Assembly: GCA_963822445.1 (NCBI GenBank)
Contig: CAWGHO010000001.1
Coordinates: forward strand, 352,001-416,000
DNA from: an uncultured Acidobacteriota bacterium
GTDB lineage: Bacteria; Acidobacteriota; Thermoanaerobaculia; Gp7-AA8
Direction: 5' to 3'
DNA: 64,000 nt
The translations under genes were made by a program, and so were the position numbers. The notes beneath the pieces are model-generated. The model worked only from the letters and a program-made list of their open reading frames with translations. It was not told the origin of the DNA and did not search any database. This document shows positions 1-13,332 of the stretch, piece after piece (position 1 is the stretch's first letter; the number at the start of each line of letters is the position of its first letter).

Positions 1-123
1 CGGACCGGAAAACGCACCGCTGGCAGACCCTGCCGGAACCGGCGCAATGGGCTGATCGACAGATAACAACGCCGCGAGGATCACTGGCAGCAGCACGTCC
101 CTGATACGACGTACCGCAGCCAA
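1..123 (-). CDS. Partial gene running off the window edge; possible secreted protein N-terminus
   Basis: Manual translation from TTG at 123 gives (M)AAVRRIRDVLLPVILAALLSVDQPIAP..., open to base 1 and signal-peptide-like; starts 6 bp after the HAD stop. Confidence 0.35.
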   Translation of the reverse strand, partial: MAAVRRIRDVLLPVILAALLSVDQPIAPVPAGSASGAFSGP

Positions 124-129
124 TCGTCG

Positions 130-734
130 CTACAGCAAGCCCTCGGCCGTCAGTTCCGCGGTGAGCGAATCGGCATCGACGAACTGGAACGCGCGCAGCC
201 CGACGGTCCGCGCGGCGAGCACGTTCTCGAGCAGATCGTCGATGAACACCACGTGCTGCGGCAGCGCTCCAATGATCTCCAGCGCGCGGCGGAACATCTC
301 CGGATCGGGCTTGGCGACCTTGAATCGGTACGAAAAGATGAAGCGGTCGTCCTTCCGAAAGATCGTCGCGAACCGCCGCGGGATGACCTCGGCGTGCACC
401 TCGTTCGAGTTCGACAGAAAGGCGACGCGATACTTCTCCCGCACCCGATCGAGCAGCTCTCCACGCCCGGAAGCGGCCCGTCGAAGAAGTCGCCCCAGAC
501 CTCGCGGAACTGCCGCAGTGACTCGCGATACCCCGCGTGCGTGCAGATGAATTCGTAGAACTCCCAGAACGAAACCGCCCCGCGCTCCAGATCGCGATAC
601 CCGCCCGGCCGCTCCAGCAACTCGACGAGCTTGTCCCGCGAGATCGTCGCGTCCCGGCAGATGTTCTCCAGCACCCGCTCGTACGCGAGCTTGATGAGGG
701 TGTTGCCGAGGTCGAAGAGGAACCAGGTCGTCAT
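130..734 (-). CDS. HAD-family phosphatase (YihX-like), one frameshift near 460
   Basis: N-terminal FLFDLGNTL (motif I) in ORF 150..734; C-terminal LSN, KPDPEMF and FIDDLLENV in ORF 130..444. Confidence 0.85.
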
Positions 735-736
735 GC

Positions 737-821
737 GTTTCGGGGTTTCGAGGTTACGGGGTTGCGGGGTTACGCCGATTCAAGCTACCTCGTAACCCCG
801 AAACCCCGAAACCCCGGAACC
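737..821. repeat. Inverted tandem-octamer element (GGGGTTWC-type left arm, GAAACCCC-type right arm)
   Basis: gtttcggg gtttcgag gttacggg gttgcggg gttacg, spacer, then cgta accccgaa accccgaa accccgga acc; fills the intergenic gap. Confidence 0.9.
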
Positions 822-2426
822 TACATCCTGAACACTCCAAACCTCGGATCCGCCATCTTCTCGTTATACGAAACCGACAGTCCCAGTCCCAGATACATCC
901 TCGTTTCCGCGGGATCGATCACGCCGTCGTCCCAGAGCCGCGCTGTGGAGTAGTACGGGCTGCCTTCCTCCTCGTACTTCGCGAGGACGGGATCGGCGAT
1001 GCTCCGCTCTTCCTCGGCGCTCAGCTCTTTTCCGGCGCGCGCGAGCTGGTCGCGTTTCACGGTCGTGAGCACGCCCGCGGCCTGTTCGCCGCCCATCACC
1101 GAGATGCGCGCGTTCGGCCACATCCAGAGGAAGCGCGGCGAGTATGCGCGGCCGCACATGCCGTAGTTTCCGGCGCCGAACGAGCCGCCGATGATGACCG
1201 TGAACTTCGGCACCGTCGAGTTGGCGACGGCATGAACCATCTTCGCGCCGTCTTTCGCGATGCCGCCGCGCTCGTACTGTTTGCCCACCATGAAGCCGGT
1301 GATGTTCTGCAGGAAGATGAGCGGAATGCGGCGCTGGTTGCACAACTCGATGAAGTGCGTGGCCTTGAGCGCCGACTCGGAAAACAGCACGCCGTTGTTC
1401 GCCAGGATCCCGACCTTGTAGCCGAAGATCCGCGCGAAGCCGGTGACGATCGTCGTCGCGTAGCGCTCCTTGAACTCGTGAAACCTCGAGCCGTCGACGA
1501 TGCGGGCGATCACTTCCCGCACGTCGTACGGCTTGCGCACGTCGTTCGGGATACGCCGTAGAGCTCTTTCGGATCGTAAAGCGGGTCCTCGGGCTCGACG
1601 CGCGTCTCCGGCTCTTTCTTCTCGAAGCGCAGGTTCTCGACGATGTTGCGAACGATGGCGATCGCGTGATCGTCATCCTCGGCGAAGTGATCCGCCACGC
1701 CGCTGATCCGCGTGTGCACATCCGCCCCGCCCAGTTCCTCGGCCGTCACCTCTTCGCCGGTGGCCGCCTTCACCAGCGGCGGGCCGCCGAGGAAGATCGT
1801 GCCGGTGTTCTTGACGATCACTGCTTCGTCCGACATCGCCGGCACGTACGCGCCGCCTGCCGTGCACGAGCCCATGACGGCGGAGATCTGCGGGATCTCC
1901 CGCGCCGACATGACCGCCTGGTTGTAGAAAATCCTGCCGAAGTGCTCCCGGTCCGGAAAGACCTCGGCCTGCAGCGGCAGAAACGCGCCACCGGAATCGA
2001 CGAGATAAATGCACGGCAGGTTGTTCTGCAGCGCCACTTCCTGCGCGCGAAGATGCTTCTTCACCGTGATCGGCAGATACGTCCCGCCGTTGACCGTGGC
2101 GTCGTTGGCGATGATCAGACACTCGCGCTGATTGATCCGCCCGATGCCCGTGACGATCCCCGCTGCGGGCGCGTCCTTTCGTACATCCCGTTCGCGGCCA
2201 GCGGCGACAGCTCGAGAAACGGCGTATCGGGATCGAGCAGTCCGGCGATGCGCTCGCGCACCGGCAACTTGCCCTGCTCCCGATGCCGGGCCAGATACTT
2301 TTCCCCGCCCCCTTCTCTCGCCTGCGCGACGCGCTGATTCAGCTCGTCGACGAGGGACTGGATACGTTGTGCGTTGCTCCTGAATTCATCCGAGGATGAA
2401 TCGAGATGGGTTTCGAGGGCTTCCAT
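821..2426 (-). CDS. Methylcrotonyl-CoA carboxylase beta (carboxyltransferase) subunit, frameshifts near 2178 and 1551
   Basis: Three consecutive ORF pieces carry [53 protein letters not shown] and the C-terminus FGVFRM. Confidence 0.9.
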
Positions 2427-2489
2427 GCGCGGCGAAGTGTAGCGGAGGTGTGGAATCGGGGGTTCGTGAAGGAGCCGTTGGAAGTCCCC

Positions 2490-3119
2490 TTACCTGATTG
2501 CCCCGAGCCGCCGCGCCAGAAGCAGCAACTCCTCACGCGACAGCCCGCTCGCGTGCCTGGTCAACTCCTTGACCATCGGCAGTTCAAGCCCCTCCAGCCG
2601 CGCCAGTTCCTCCTCGTGCGACTCCGCCACCCGGTCCACCAGATCGAGCGCCAGCGCTTCCTCGGCGGTCAGCACGCGATTCGCGAGAAAAAGCTGATTC
2701 GCGGCCTTGCGCGAGATCACCTTGCGCCACCGCGACGTTCCGCCGAATCCCGTGACGATGCCCAGGCGCGCACCGGGGTGAGCGAACCGCGAGCGCGGTG
2801 TTGCGAAGCGGAGATCGAAGGAGAGGACGAGGTCGAGCGCGCCGCCGAAGCAATCGCCGTCGATCAGGGCCACAGTGATGCACGGCAAGCGCTCGATCTC
2901 AGCGAATAGCTCCTGACCGAGCCGCGCAAAGTCCTCGGCCTCGAAGGGAGTGAACCGCTGCATCTCGGCCATGTCCGCGCCGGCGGCGAAGAGGTTCGGG
3001 CGGCCGGAGCGGAAGAGGAAGAGCGTTGCGTCCGTCGGAAGTTGATCGCGAATGCTGCGCAGCGCATTCGTCGACAGCAGGTTCATCCCGCCGTCGTCGA
3101 ACACGAATTCGCGCCGCAT
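2490..3119 (-). CDS. Enoyl-CoA hydratase/isomerase family protein
   Basis: FAAGADM, IDGDCFGGALDL and GIVTGFGG crotonase motifs. Confidence 0.85.
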   Translation of the reverse strand: MRREFVFDDGGMNLLSTNALRSIRDQLPTDATLFLFRSGRPNLFAAGADMAEMQRFTPFEAEDFARLGQELFAEIERLPCITVALIDGDCFGGALDLVLSFDLRFATPRSRFAHPGARLGIVTGFGGTSRWRKVISRKAANQLFLANRVLTAEEALALDLVDRVAESHEEELARLEGLELPMVKELTRHASGLSREELLLLARRLGAIR

Positions 3120-3517
3120 CAGCGGGCGACGGCGTTGCGGATGGCCTCGACCGCGGCGGAGGTCGGCGTGCCGGGGAGGAAGATCTCGCGGATGCCGAGG
3201 GCCTTGAGCTTGGGGATGTCCTGCTCGGGGATGATCCCGCCGGCGAAGACCAGGATGCCCTCCGCGTCCTCGTCCTTGAGCATGCGCATGATCTCGGGAA
3301 AAAGCACGTTGTGCGCGCCGGAGAGGATGGAGAGACCGATGGCGTCGACGTCTTCCTGCACCGCGGCGGCGACGATCTGTTCCGGCGTCTGCCGCAGTCC
3401 GGTGTAGATCACCTCCATCCCCGCGTCGCGAAGCGCGCGGGCGATCACTTTCGCACCGCGATCGTGGCCATCGAGGCCGGGCTTGGCGATCAGCACGCGG
3501 ATCTTCCGTTCGGTCAT
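3119..3517 (-). CDS. Cobalamin-binding domain protein (acyl-CoA mutase small subunit)
   Basis: [13 protein letters not shown] (DxHxxG), SILSGAH, GGIIP. Confidence 0.93.
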   Translation of the reverse strand: MTERKIRVLIAKPGLDGHDRGAKVIARALRDAGMEVIYTGLRQTPEQIVAAAVQEDVDAIGLSILSGAHNVLFPEIMRMLKDEDAEGILVFAGGIIPEQDIPKLKALGIREIFLPGTPTSAAVEAIRNAVAR

Positions 3518-4113
3518 GAGGTCTTCTCCTGAAGCGCGCCGTCGCGGAACGCCGAGAGGATCACGATGTCGTGGTACGTCCCCTCCCGGTAGAACTCGGC
3601 CCGCAGCCGGCCTTCCTGCACGAAGCCCTGCGCCTCGAGGACGTGCTTCGCGCGGTCGTTGTAATCGAAAACGTTAATGCGCAGCTTGCGCAGATTCATC
3701 TCGTCGAAAGCGAACCGCACCAGCGTCGCGATCGCGTCCGTGCCGAAGCCGCGGTTCCACGCCGTCGGCTCGCCGATGAAAAGACCGAACCAGCCCGTGC
3801 GCGACACCCAGTCGATGTCGTGAATCGAGGCGTTGCCGATGTGGCTGCGGTCGTCCTTCCGCTCGATCGCGAAATGCCGTTCGCTCGAGCTGGCGTGCAT
3901 GGCGTTGTCGATCCACTCGGTCTCGTTCTCGAACGCGATCGGATACCGCGACTTGAGCGTCCGGACGATGTTCGGATCGTTCATCCAGCGATAGCAGCGC
4001 TCCGCGTCCTCCCGCTCGAACGCGCGCAGGATGACGTGCTCGCCGGCGATCATAAACCGCCGCCGCGGCGAGGCCGGCTCCGGCGCAAAATCCCGTTCAG
4101 TGCGGTTGCCCAT
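3514..4113 (-). CDS. GNAT N-acetyltransferase (RimJ/RimL-like)
   Basis: WNRGFGTDA acetyl-CoA motif, [17 protein letters not shown]; start is either 4113 (TATAAT upstream) or 4053. Confidence 0.85.
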   Translation of the reverse strand: MGNRTERDFAPEPASPRRRFMIAGEHVILRAFEREDAERCYRWMNDPNIVRTLKSRYPIAFENETEWIDNAMHASSSERHFAIERKDDRSHIGNASIHDIDWVSRTGWFGLFIGEPTAWNRGFGTDAIATLVRFAFDEMNLRKLRINVFDYNDRAKHVLEAQGFVQEGRLRAEFYREGTYHDIVILSAFRDGALQEKTS

Positions 4114-4136
4114 GCGGGCGCGGATTATATGTAGGT

Positions 4137-4240
4137 ATGAGGAATGAGTGATGAGTGATGAGTAAAAGCAGCGCGCGGGCACCGCGCGCACTCATCCCTC
4201 ATCCCTCATCCCTCATCCCTCATGCCTCATCCCTCATGCC
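4137..4240. repeat. Inverted tandem-heptamer element (ATGAGTG-like x4, CTCATCC-like x7)
   Basis: Directly visible between the divergent GNAT and M13 genes. Confidence 0.9.
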
Positions 4241-4251
4241 TATACTTCCCC

Positions 4252-6255
4252 ATGCGAAAAACGGTCGCCCTGCTCTCGCTGCTCCTGTCCGTGACGCTCT
4301 CGGCCCAGCAGACCGGCGTCTTCGTCGCGGATATCGACAAATCCGCCGATGCCTGCACGAACTTCTTCGACTACGCGAACGGCGCTTGGCGCAAGGCCAA
4401 CCCCATTCCGGACAACATGCAGCGCTGGAGCAGGCGCTGGGAAGCGGGCGAGATCGCGAAAAAGCAGCTCGTGACCATCCTCGATGAGCTGTCCCAACGC
4501 CGCGATTACCCGAAGGGCAGCGTCGATCAGCAGATCACCGACTTTTATGGCTCGTGCATGGACACGAAGCGGATCAACGAGCTCGGCTACACCCCGATCA
4601 AACCGCTCCTGGCCGACATCGACGCGATTCGAAGCCGGGCCGGCCTGCAGCCGATGATCGCCAGGCTGCACGATCTCTCCGTCAACGTCCCCTTCGGCGT
4701 CGGCGGGTCGCCCGACCAGCACAATCCCCGGCAGGTCATCGCCCGGATCTTCGCCGGCGGTCTCAGCCTGCCCAACCGCGATTACTACATCCAGACCAGC
4801 GAGCGGATGGTGGAGACGCGCAAGAAATACCTCGAGCACATCGCGAAGATGTTCGAGCTCACCGGTCATAGCAAAGAAGAGTCGGCGAAGGCCGCGCAGA
4901 CGGTGTTCGCGCTCGAGTCCCGTCTGGCCACGGCGCATTTCACGAACGTCGAGCGCCGCAATCCGAAGCTCTCCGACAACAAAGTCACCCGCGCCGCGCT
5001 GCAGAAGATGACGCCGCACTTCAAGTGGGAGGAGTACTTCAACGCCACCAACGTTCCGCAGTCGGAGCTGAACGTCGATCAGCCGAAGTTCCTCGCCGCG
5101 GTGGAAGAGGAGCTGGCCTCGACGCCGCTGCCCGCCTGGAAGACGTACCTGAAGTGGAAGCTGATCAACGCCGCGGCCCAGCATCTCTCCGATCCGTTCG
5201 TCGAGGAGAACTTCGCCTTCTACGGCCGTCACCTCGGCGGCGCGAAAGAGATGAAGCCGCGCTCCACCCGTTGCGTCGAGACCACCGACGCCCTCCTCGG
5301 CGAAGCACTCGGCCAGCGTTACGTCGAGCGCCACTTCCCGCCCGCGGCCAAGGCGCGCATGCAGGACATGGTGACGAATCTCCTCGCGGCCATGGACGAC
5401 ACGATCCGCGGTCTGGAGTGGATGGGACCGGAGACCAAACGGCAGGCCCTCGAGAAACTATCGACGTTCGTTCCGAAGGTCGGCTATCCCGACAAATGGC
5501 GCGACTACAGCAGCATCACCATCAGGCCCGGCTCCTACTACAACAACCTGCTCGCGGCGACGAAGTACGAGATCGCCGATGACCGCTCGCAGATCGGCAA
5601 GCCGGTCGATCGCAGCCGCTGGGGCATGACTCCGCCGACGTCGAATGCGTATTACAGCGCGCTGATGAACGAGATCGTGTTCCCGGCCGGTATCCTCCAG
5701 CCGCCGGCCTTCGACGTGAACGCGACCGACGCTGTGAATTACGGCGCGATCGGCGTGGTCATCGGTCACGAGATCAGTCACGGTTTCGACGATCAGGGCT
5801 CGCAGTTCGACGCCCAAGGCCGCCTGCGCAACTGGTGGACGGACGAGGACCTCGCCCGCTTCCGCGAGCGGACTGCATGCGTGGTCGAGCAGTTCGAGGG
5901 CTACTTCATCGAGCCGGGAATCCATCACAACGGCAAGCTCGTGCTCGGCGAATCGATCGGCGACCTCGCCGGCGCCAAGATCGCCTACCTTGGCCTGCAG
6001 AAAGCGCTCGCCAAGACGCCGGGGCAGGTCGTGGATGGCTTCACCCCCGACCAGCAGTTCTTCATCGGCTGGGGCCAGTTCCGCGGCGACGAGCTCCGTC
6101 CCGAAACCCAGCGCCTGATGGTGCAGAACGGACCGCACCCCACCGGCAAATACCGCGTGATCGGACCGCTGTCGAACATGCCCGAGTTCGCAAAGGCGTT
6201 CGGATGCGGGCCGGATTCAGAGATGGTGCGAAAGAAGCGCTGCGAGGTTTGGTGA
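4252..6255 (+). CDS. M13 family metallopeptidase (neprilysin/PepO-like), secreted
   Basis: Signal peptide, NAYY, NEIVFPAGILQPP, HEISH zinc motif, GESIGD, C-terminal CEVW. Confidence 0.95.
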   Translation: MRKTVALLSLLLSVTLSAQQTGVFVADIDKSADACTNFFDYANGAWRKANPIPDNMQRWSRRWEAGEIAKKQLVTILDELSQRRDYPKGSVDQQITDFYGSCMDTKRINELGYTPIKPLLADIDAIRSRAGLQPMIARLHDLSVNVPFGVGGSPDQHNPRQVIARIFAGGLSLPNRDYYIQTSERMVETRKKYLEHIAKMFELTGHSKEESAKAAQTVFALESRLATAHFTNVERRNPKLSDNKVTRAALQKMTPHFKWEEYFNATNVPQSELNVDQPKFLAAVEEELASTPLPAWKTYLKWKLINAAAQHLSDPFVEENFAFYGRHLGGAKEMKPRSTRCVETTDALLGEALGQRYVERHFPPAAKARMQDMVTNLLAAMDDTIRGLEWMGPETKRQALEKLSTFVPKVGYPDKWRDYSSITIRPGSYYNNLLAATKYEIADDRSQIGKPVDRSRWGMTPPTSNAYYSALMNEIVFPAGILQPPAFDVNATDAVNYGAIGVVIGHEISHGFDDQGSQFDAQGRLRNWWTDEDLARFRERTACVVEQFEGYFIEPGIHHNGKLVLGESIGDLAGAKIAYLGLQKALAKTPGQVVDGFTPDQQFFIGWGQFRGDELRPETQRLMVQNGPHPTGKYRVIGPLSNMPEFAKAFGCGPDSEMVRKKRCEVW

Positions 6256-7039
6256 CTATCCCAACGACACCAGCTCCAGATTCGCGATCTCCTGCTCCAG
6301 GAACTCCCCGGCAATCCGGCGGAACCGCTCCTCGGCATCGGTGACGAGGAAGTGATGGAGCGGCGCGTTCACGCCCGCTGACTTGCCGAGGAGCTCCTTC
6401 ACCGATTGCGCGGTGGTCTCCGCGCTGTCGACGATGTGCACGGCGTCGCCGACGACCTGCTCGATCGTGCCGCGCAGGATCGGGTAGTGCGTGCAGCCTA
6501 GGACCAGCGTGTCGATGCCGGCGTCGATCAGCGGCTCGAGGTAGATCTCCGCGACCTCGCGCGCGACGTGCGTATTCGCCCAACCTTCTTCCGCAAGAGG
6601 AACGAAGAGCGGCGCCGCGGACTCGATCACTTCGATGTCCGGATCGAGGTTCTTGATCGCCGTCGTGTACGCCTTCGACTTCACCGTCCCCTCGGTGGCA
6701 ATCACGCCGACGACTCCCGACGTCCGTTCAACGGCCGCGCGCGCGCCCGGTTCCACGACGCCGATCACCGGGATCGACAACGCTTCCTGCAATGCCGGCA
6801 GCGCCGCGGCGGTGGCGGTGTTGCACGCGACGACGAGCATCTTCACGTCGCGCGACAGAAGGTGGCGCGCGGCCTCGAGTGCGTACCGCTGCACGGTCTT
6901 GGGCGATTTCGTTCCGTACGGGACGCGTGCGGAGTCGCCGAGGTAGATGAGGGGCTCGCGGGGGAGGGCGCGGGCGATCTCGCGGAAGACCGTCAGACCA
7001 CCGACACCGGAGTCGAACACGCCGATGGCGCGCGAGCCG

Positions 7040-7053
<14 letters not shown>
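6256..7053 (-). CDS. murI: Glutamate racemase
   Basis: FDSGVGGLTV, VPYGTKS, VACNTA, LGCTHYP. Confidence 0.97.
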
Positions 7054-8437
<1,384 letters not shown>

Positions 8438-8484
8438 CAGTTACCAACCTCGTGCATGACTGCGGCCAGGATTGTACGTGCGAC

Positions 8485-8819
8485 CGGGCCTGGTCGTTCA
8501 CGCCTCGGGTCGCTCGCAGCTCACCAGGGACATCGATCTCGCCGTTGATTCGTCCGCGCGCGATCGTGGTCGCCTTGGCGAACGGCCACGAGACTCTTCA
8601 CGTCAGTGAGGCCTTCTCGAATCACGAATGTCCCGACGCTTCTTTTAGACCCGTCACTTCATGGACCTCCGCGGCGAGACCGCCGAACGAGTTTTCAGGG
8701 CGGTGACGCCGAAAGCGGTCGCACTTGATGTCCCCGGCGTCGACCGGGAAATGGTGCGGGAGTACTATCGCCAGCACGGGTTGTTGGAGCTTTACGATGC
8801 AATCGAAAAGGCGGGTTGA
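8485..8819 (+). pseudogene. Decayed minimal nucleotidyltransferase-like gene
   Basis: Fragments in different frames: GLVVHASGRSQLTRDIDLAV, GHETLHVSEAFSNH, FMDLRGETAERVF, DVPGVDREMVREYYRQHGLLELYDAIEKAG*. Confidence 0.55.
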
Positions 8820-9003
8820 ACCGCTGGATACATTCGAACTGGATGTGCCCACGACTGCGGCAGACAACGCCGCCCTGTGGCGGGCGCGGGACCACACCGC
8901 CATGGACCCGCACGAATACCTCGACTTTCTGGTCCGATTCACTAAAGACCGCCCCGCCTCCCGCGAAACGAACTCCGACACCGACGAGCCGTTCGAACTC
9001 TGA
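8797..9003 (+). CDS. Small acidic hypothetical protein (68 aa), likely partner of the upstream remnant
   Basis: MQSKRRVEPLDTFELDVPTT...DEPFEL; overlaps the 3' end of the remnant. Confidence 0.5.
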   Translation: MQSKRRVEPLDTFELDVPTTAADNAALWRARDHTAMDPHEYLDFLVRFTKDRPASRETNSDTDEPFEL

Positions 9004-9004
9004 C

Positions 9005-9045
9005 GCCGCTGCAGTTGTCGCGGCTCCGCCGCGCAACTGAGCGGC
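9005..9045. repeat. GC-rich hairpin (REP- or terminator-like)
   Basis: gccgctgcagttg tcgcgg ctc cgccgcg caactg agcggc pairs imperfectly; lies just after the 9003 stop. Confidence 0.45.
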
Positions 9046-9157
9046 ATACCGGGCGCGCGCCGCTGAGCTGCGCCGCCCCGCGGCGCCAGCTCCTGCGCGC
9101 GCAGCGACCCCGGCGGCGCAGCCGTCCGGGTGTCGCGCGACATAGAATCGGCCCCGC

Positions 9158-10624
<1,467 letters not shown>

Positions 10625-11635
10625 TTCTGATTACAGCGGCTTGCGGCGGCAGCGCGAAGAAAGCGCCGGCCGCGCCGCGTCCTGCCGAGCCGGAAGTCGA
10701 TTTCACGGTCATCGAGTCGCCGAGCCTGCAGTTCCTCCCCCGTCGCGAGGAAGCGGTGGGCTGGCGTCTCGAGGAAGACCCCGTCGTCGTCCCCGGCGAG
10801 CGCATCGTCACTTACCTCGGACCCGACGGCGAGCACTTCACGAAATACGAAGTGGTCGACATGACCGCCGGGAAATACCTCACGACCCAGGGCGAGGGCT
10901 TCGCCACGGTCGAGATCTTCCGCTTCCCCGATTTCGTGAAGGCCTTCGGCGCCTACTCGATGCGCAAGGAAGCGGCGCGGGCGTTTCTGCCGATTCAGAA
11001 CGAGGCCTACGTCGAGCAAGTTCGCCGTGCACCTGTGGCGCGGCCCGTTCTACGTCCGCGTCACCGGCGGATCGCAGAACGCGTTCGCGGCGCTGACCGG
11101 CTTGGCCTCATTCGTCGCCGAGCGCATGCCGCCAGCGCCGGCCAAGCCGGCGGTGTTCAACTTCTTCCCGGTCGATACCCGTGTGCCCAACAGCGAGCGT
11201 TATGCGGCCGACAAAGGCTTCGGTCAGGCCATGCTCGGCAACTCGTTCCAGGCGACCTTCAACGTCGCCGGCGACGTGCAGGAGGGCCTGATCGTGCCCG
11301 CCGCGAACAAGCAGGCCGCCGCGCAGATCCTCGACGCCTACCGCAATCTCTACATCCGCAACGGCAAGCTCCTCGACCCCATCCCCAACCTCGGCGAGGA
11401 CAACTTCACCGCCGAAGACAAGTATCTGGGACGGGCCGTGGCCTTCCGGATCGATCGATTCGTGATCGCCTTCAACGGCTTCAAAGACCGGCAGAAGCTC
11501 GTCGATCTGGCCGTCGCCACCGACACGCGAATCCTCGGCACGATCCGCAAACAGCTCGTCAGCGCGGAGAAAGCAGCCGAAATGCCCGTGGAGCGGCGGC
11601 AGAGACCGAACGCGCCGCCTTGGCAGAGACCGAAT

Positions 11636-11725
11636 CAGTGATTAGTGGTTAGTCGTTAGTCGTTAGTAGAACCGTGTTCGCGCCCTTCGTTCTACTAATC
11701 ACTAACGACTAACCACTAACGACTA
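11636..11725. repeat. Inverted tandem-heptamer element (GTTAGTC / GACTAAC)
   Basis: attagtg gttagtc gttagtc gttagta gaa, spacer, ttc tactaat cactaac gactaac cactaac gacta; between convergent genes. Confidence 0.92.
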
Positions 11726-12202
11726 CCTCTCCCACGTCCCTGACTTCCCGCCCGACTTGCGCAGCAGTTGCAGGTTCTCGATCACGATCCCCTTTTCCGC
11801 GCTCTTGCACATGTCGTAGATCGTGAGGGCAGCGACGGCGCAGGCGGTCATCGCTTCCATCTCCACGCCGGTCTTGCCGTCGCAGCGGACGATGGCGTTG
11901 ATCTCCACCGCGCCTGATTTCGGATCGAGATCGAAGGTGATGTCGACCGAGTCCAGCGCGAGCGGGTGCGCGAGCGGGATCAGGGACGGCGTCTGCTTCG
12001 CGGCCATGACGCCGGCGATCTTCGCCGTGGTGAGCACGTCGCCTTTCGGCAGGGCGCGCTCCATCAGCGATTGCAGCGTGGCCGGCGACATGCGCACCGT
12101 CGCGGCCGCGGCGGCTTCGCGTTGGGTGCTCTTCTTCGCGCCGACGTGCACCATCGAGATGCCGCCGGTCTCATCCAGATGTGAGAAGTCTTTACCTGCC
12201 AT
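11723..12202 (-). CDS. moaC: Cyclic pyranopterin monophosphate synthase
   Basis: SHLD, KGDVL, LIPLAHP, GKTGVEMEA, IYDMCKS, KSGGKSG. Confidence 0.96.
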   Translation of the reverse strand: MAGKDFSHLDETGGISMVHVGAKKSTQREAAAAATVRMSPATLQSLMERALPKGDVLTTAKIAGVMAAKQTPSLIPLAHPLALDSVDITFDLDPKSGAVEINAIVRCDGKTGVEMEAMTACAVAALTIYDMCKSAEKGIVIENLQLLRKSGGKSGTWER

Positions 12203-12677
12203 CGATCCCTTCCAAATCCTCGACCGTATTTACGTTGCTGAGCGGGGCGCCGATGCCGATGATCCCCTGTTCCCACAGTCCGTGCAAATCGCGGCGTCCC
12301 GCGGCAAGGCGCCGCTCGATCTCCGGCAACCGCGCCGGATCCCAGACGGCACAGAGCGCCTGCCCATCCGCGACACGGCCGTCGTCACGAAGCAGGCGAA
12401 GGACGTCGCTCGTAATCAGCGGATAGTCGACCGCCATGATGAAGCAGCGCTCCTGCGCGTGACGCAACGCCGTGACGATGCCGAAGATCGCACCGTCATC
12501 CTCGTGCGGCTCTTCGAAGACCGTGGGGATGCTCATCGCGTCGCCGCCGGGCCGCTGCACGGCCAGGACCTCGTCGAACACCGGCTGCGCCGCGGCGAGG
12601 ACGCGGTCGAAGAACAGCTCGACTTTCGATCTGCCGAGGCGGCGGGAGCGGCCTCCGACGAGGATGTAGCATCTCAT
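12192..12677 (-). CDS. mobA: Short MobA-like NTP transferase (molybdenum cofactor guanylyltransferase-like)
   Basis: ILVGGRSRRLGRSK, GAIFGIVTAL, AVDYPLI, NVNTVEDL; overlaps the moaC start. Confidence 0.8.
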   Translation of the reverse strand: MRCYILVGGRSRRLGRSKVELFFDRVLAAAQPVFDEVLAVQRPGGDAMSIPTVFEEPHEDDGAIFGIVTALRHAQERCFIMAVDYPLITSDVLRLLRDDGRVADGQALCAVWDPARLPEIERRLAAGRRDLHGLWEQGIIGIGAPLSNVNTVEDLEGIDGR

Positions 12678-12680
12678 GGA

Positions 12681-13331
12681 GTGCGCGTCAGCGTGATCAT
12701 CCCTTCCCTGAACGAGGCCGCGACCATCGGCGCCGCGATCGACTCCGCTGCTGGAGCGGAAGTGATCGTAACCGACGGCGGCAGCACCGACGGCACGATC
12801 GAAGTTGCCCGCGCGCACGGAGCACGTGTCATCGAAGGAGAATCGATGCGCGCGCGGCAGATGAACCGCGCCGCCGGGGTTGCGACCGACGAGGCGCTGA
12901 TCTTCCTCCACGCCGACACGATTCTTCCCGCGGGTGCGCTCGATGCGGTCCGGAACGCTCTGCAAAACGGATGTGTCTTCGGCGGCTTTCGCATCGCCTT
13001 CGTCGAGCCGGGCCTCGACGGCGTCGCTCGCGCAATCAACGTCCGAACGCGCTGGACGCGCGCGCCGTGGGGCGACCAGGCCCAGTTCATCCGCCGCGAT
13101 GCGTTTCTTGCGGCAGGCGGCTTCCGCGAGATCCCGATCATGGAGGATTACGAGCTCGCTCGCCGGATGAAGCGCGCCGGACCAACGACCATCCTCCCCC
13201 TCACCGTCCGCACCTCGGGCCGCAGATTTCTGCAGAAGGGGCTCGTGCGCACGGCCGTGGTGAACTGGACGATCATCCTCGCCTACCACCTCGGCGTCTC
13301 GCCGGAGCGGCTCGCGCGCTGGTATCGCTGA
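12681..13331 (+). CDS. GT2 glycosyltransferase, TIGR04283-like
   Basis: SVIIPSLNE, DGGSTDGT, RARQMN, FLHADT, WGDQAQF, IMEDY, TSGRRF. Confidence 0.88.
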   Translation: MRVSVIIPSLNEAATIGAAIDSAAGAEVIVTDGGSTDGTIEVARAHGARVIEGESMRARQMNRAAGVATDEALIFLHADTILPAGALDAVRNALQNGCVFGGFRIAFVEPGLDGVARAINVRTRWTRAPWGDQAQFIRRDAFLAAGGFREIPIMEDYELARRMKRAGPTTILPLTVRTSGRRFLQKGLVRTAVVNWTIILAYHLGVSPERLARWYR

Positions 13332-13332
13332 C

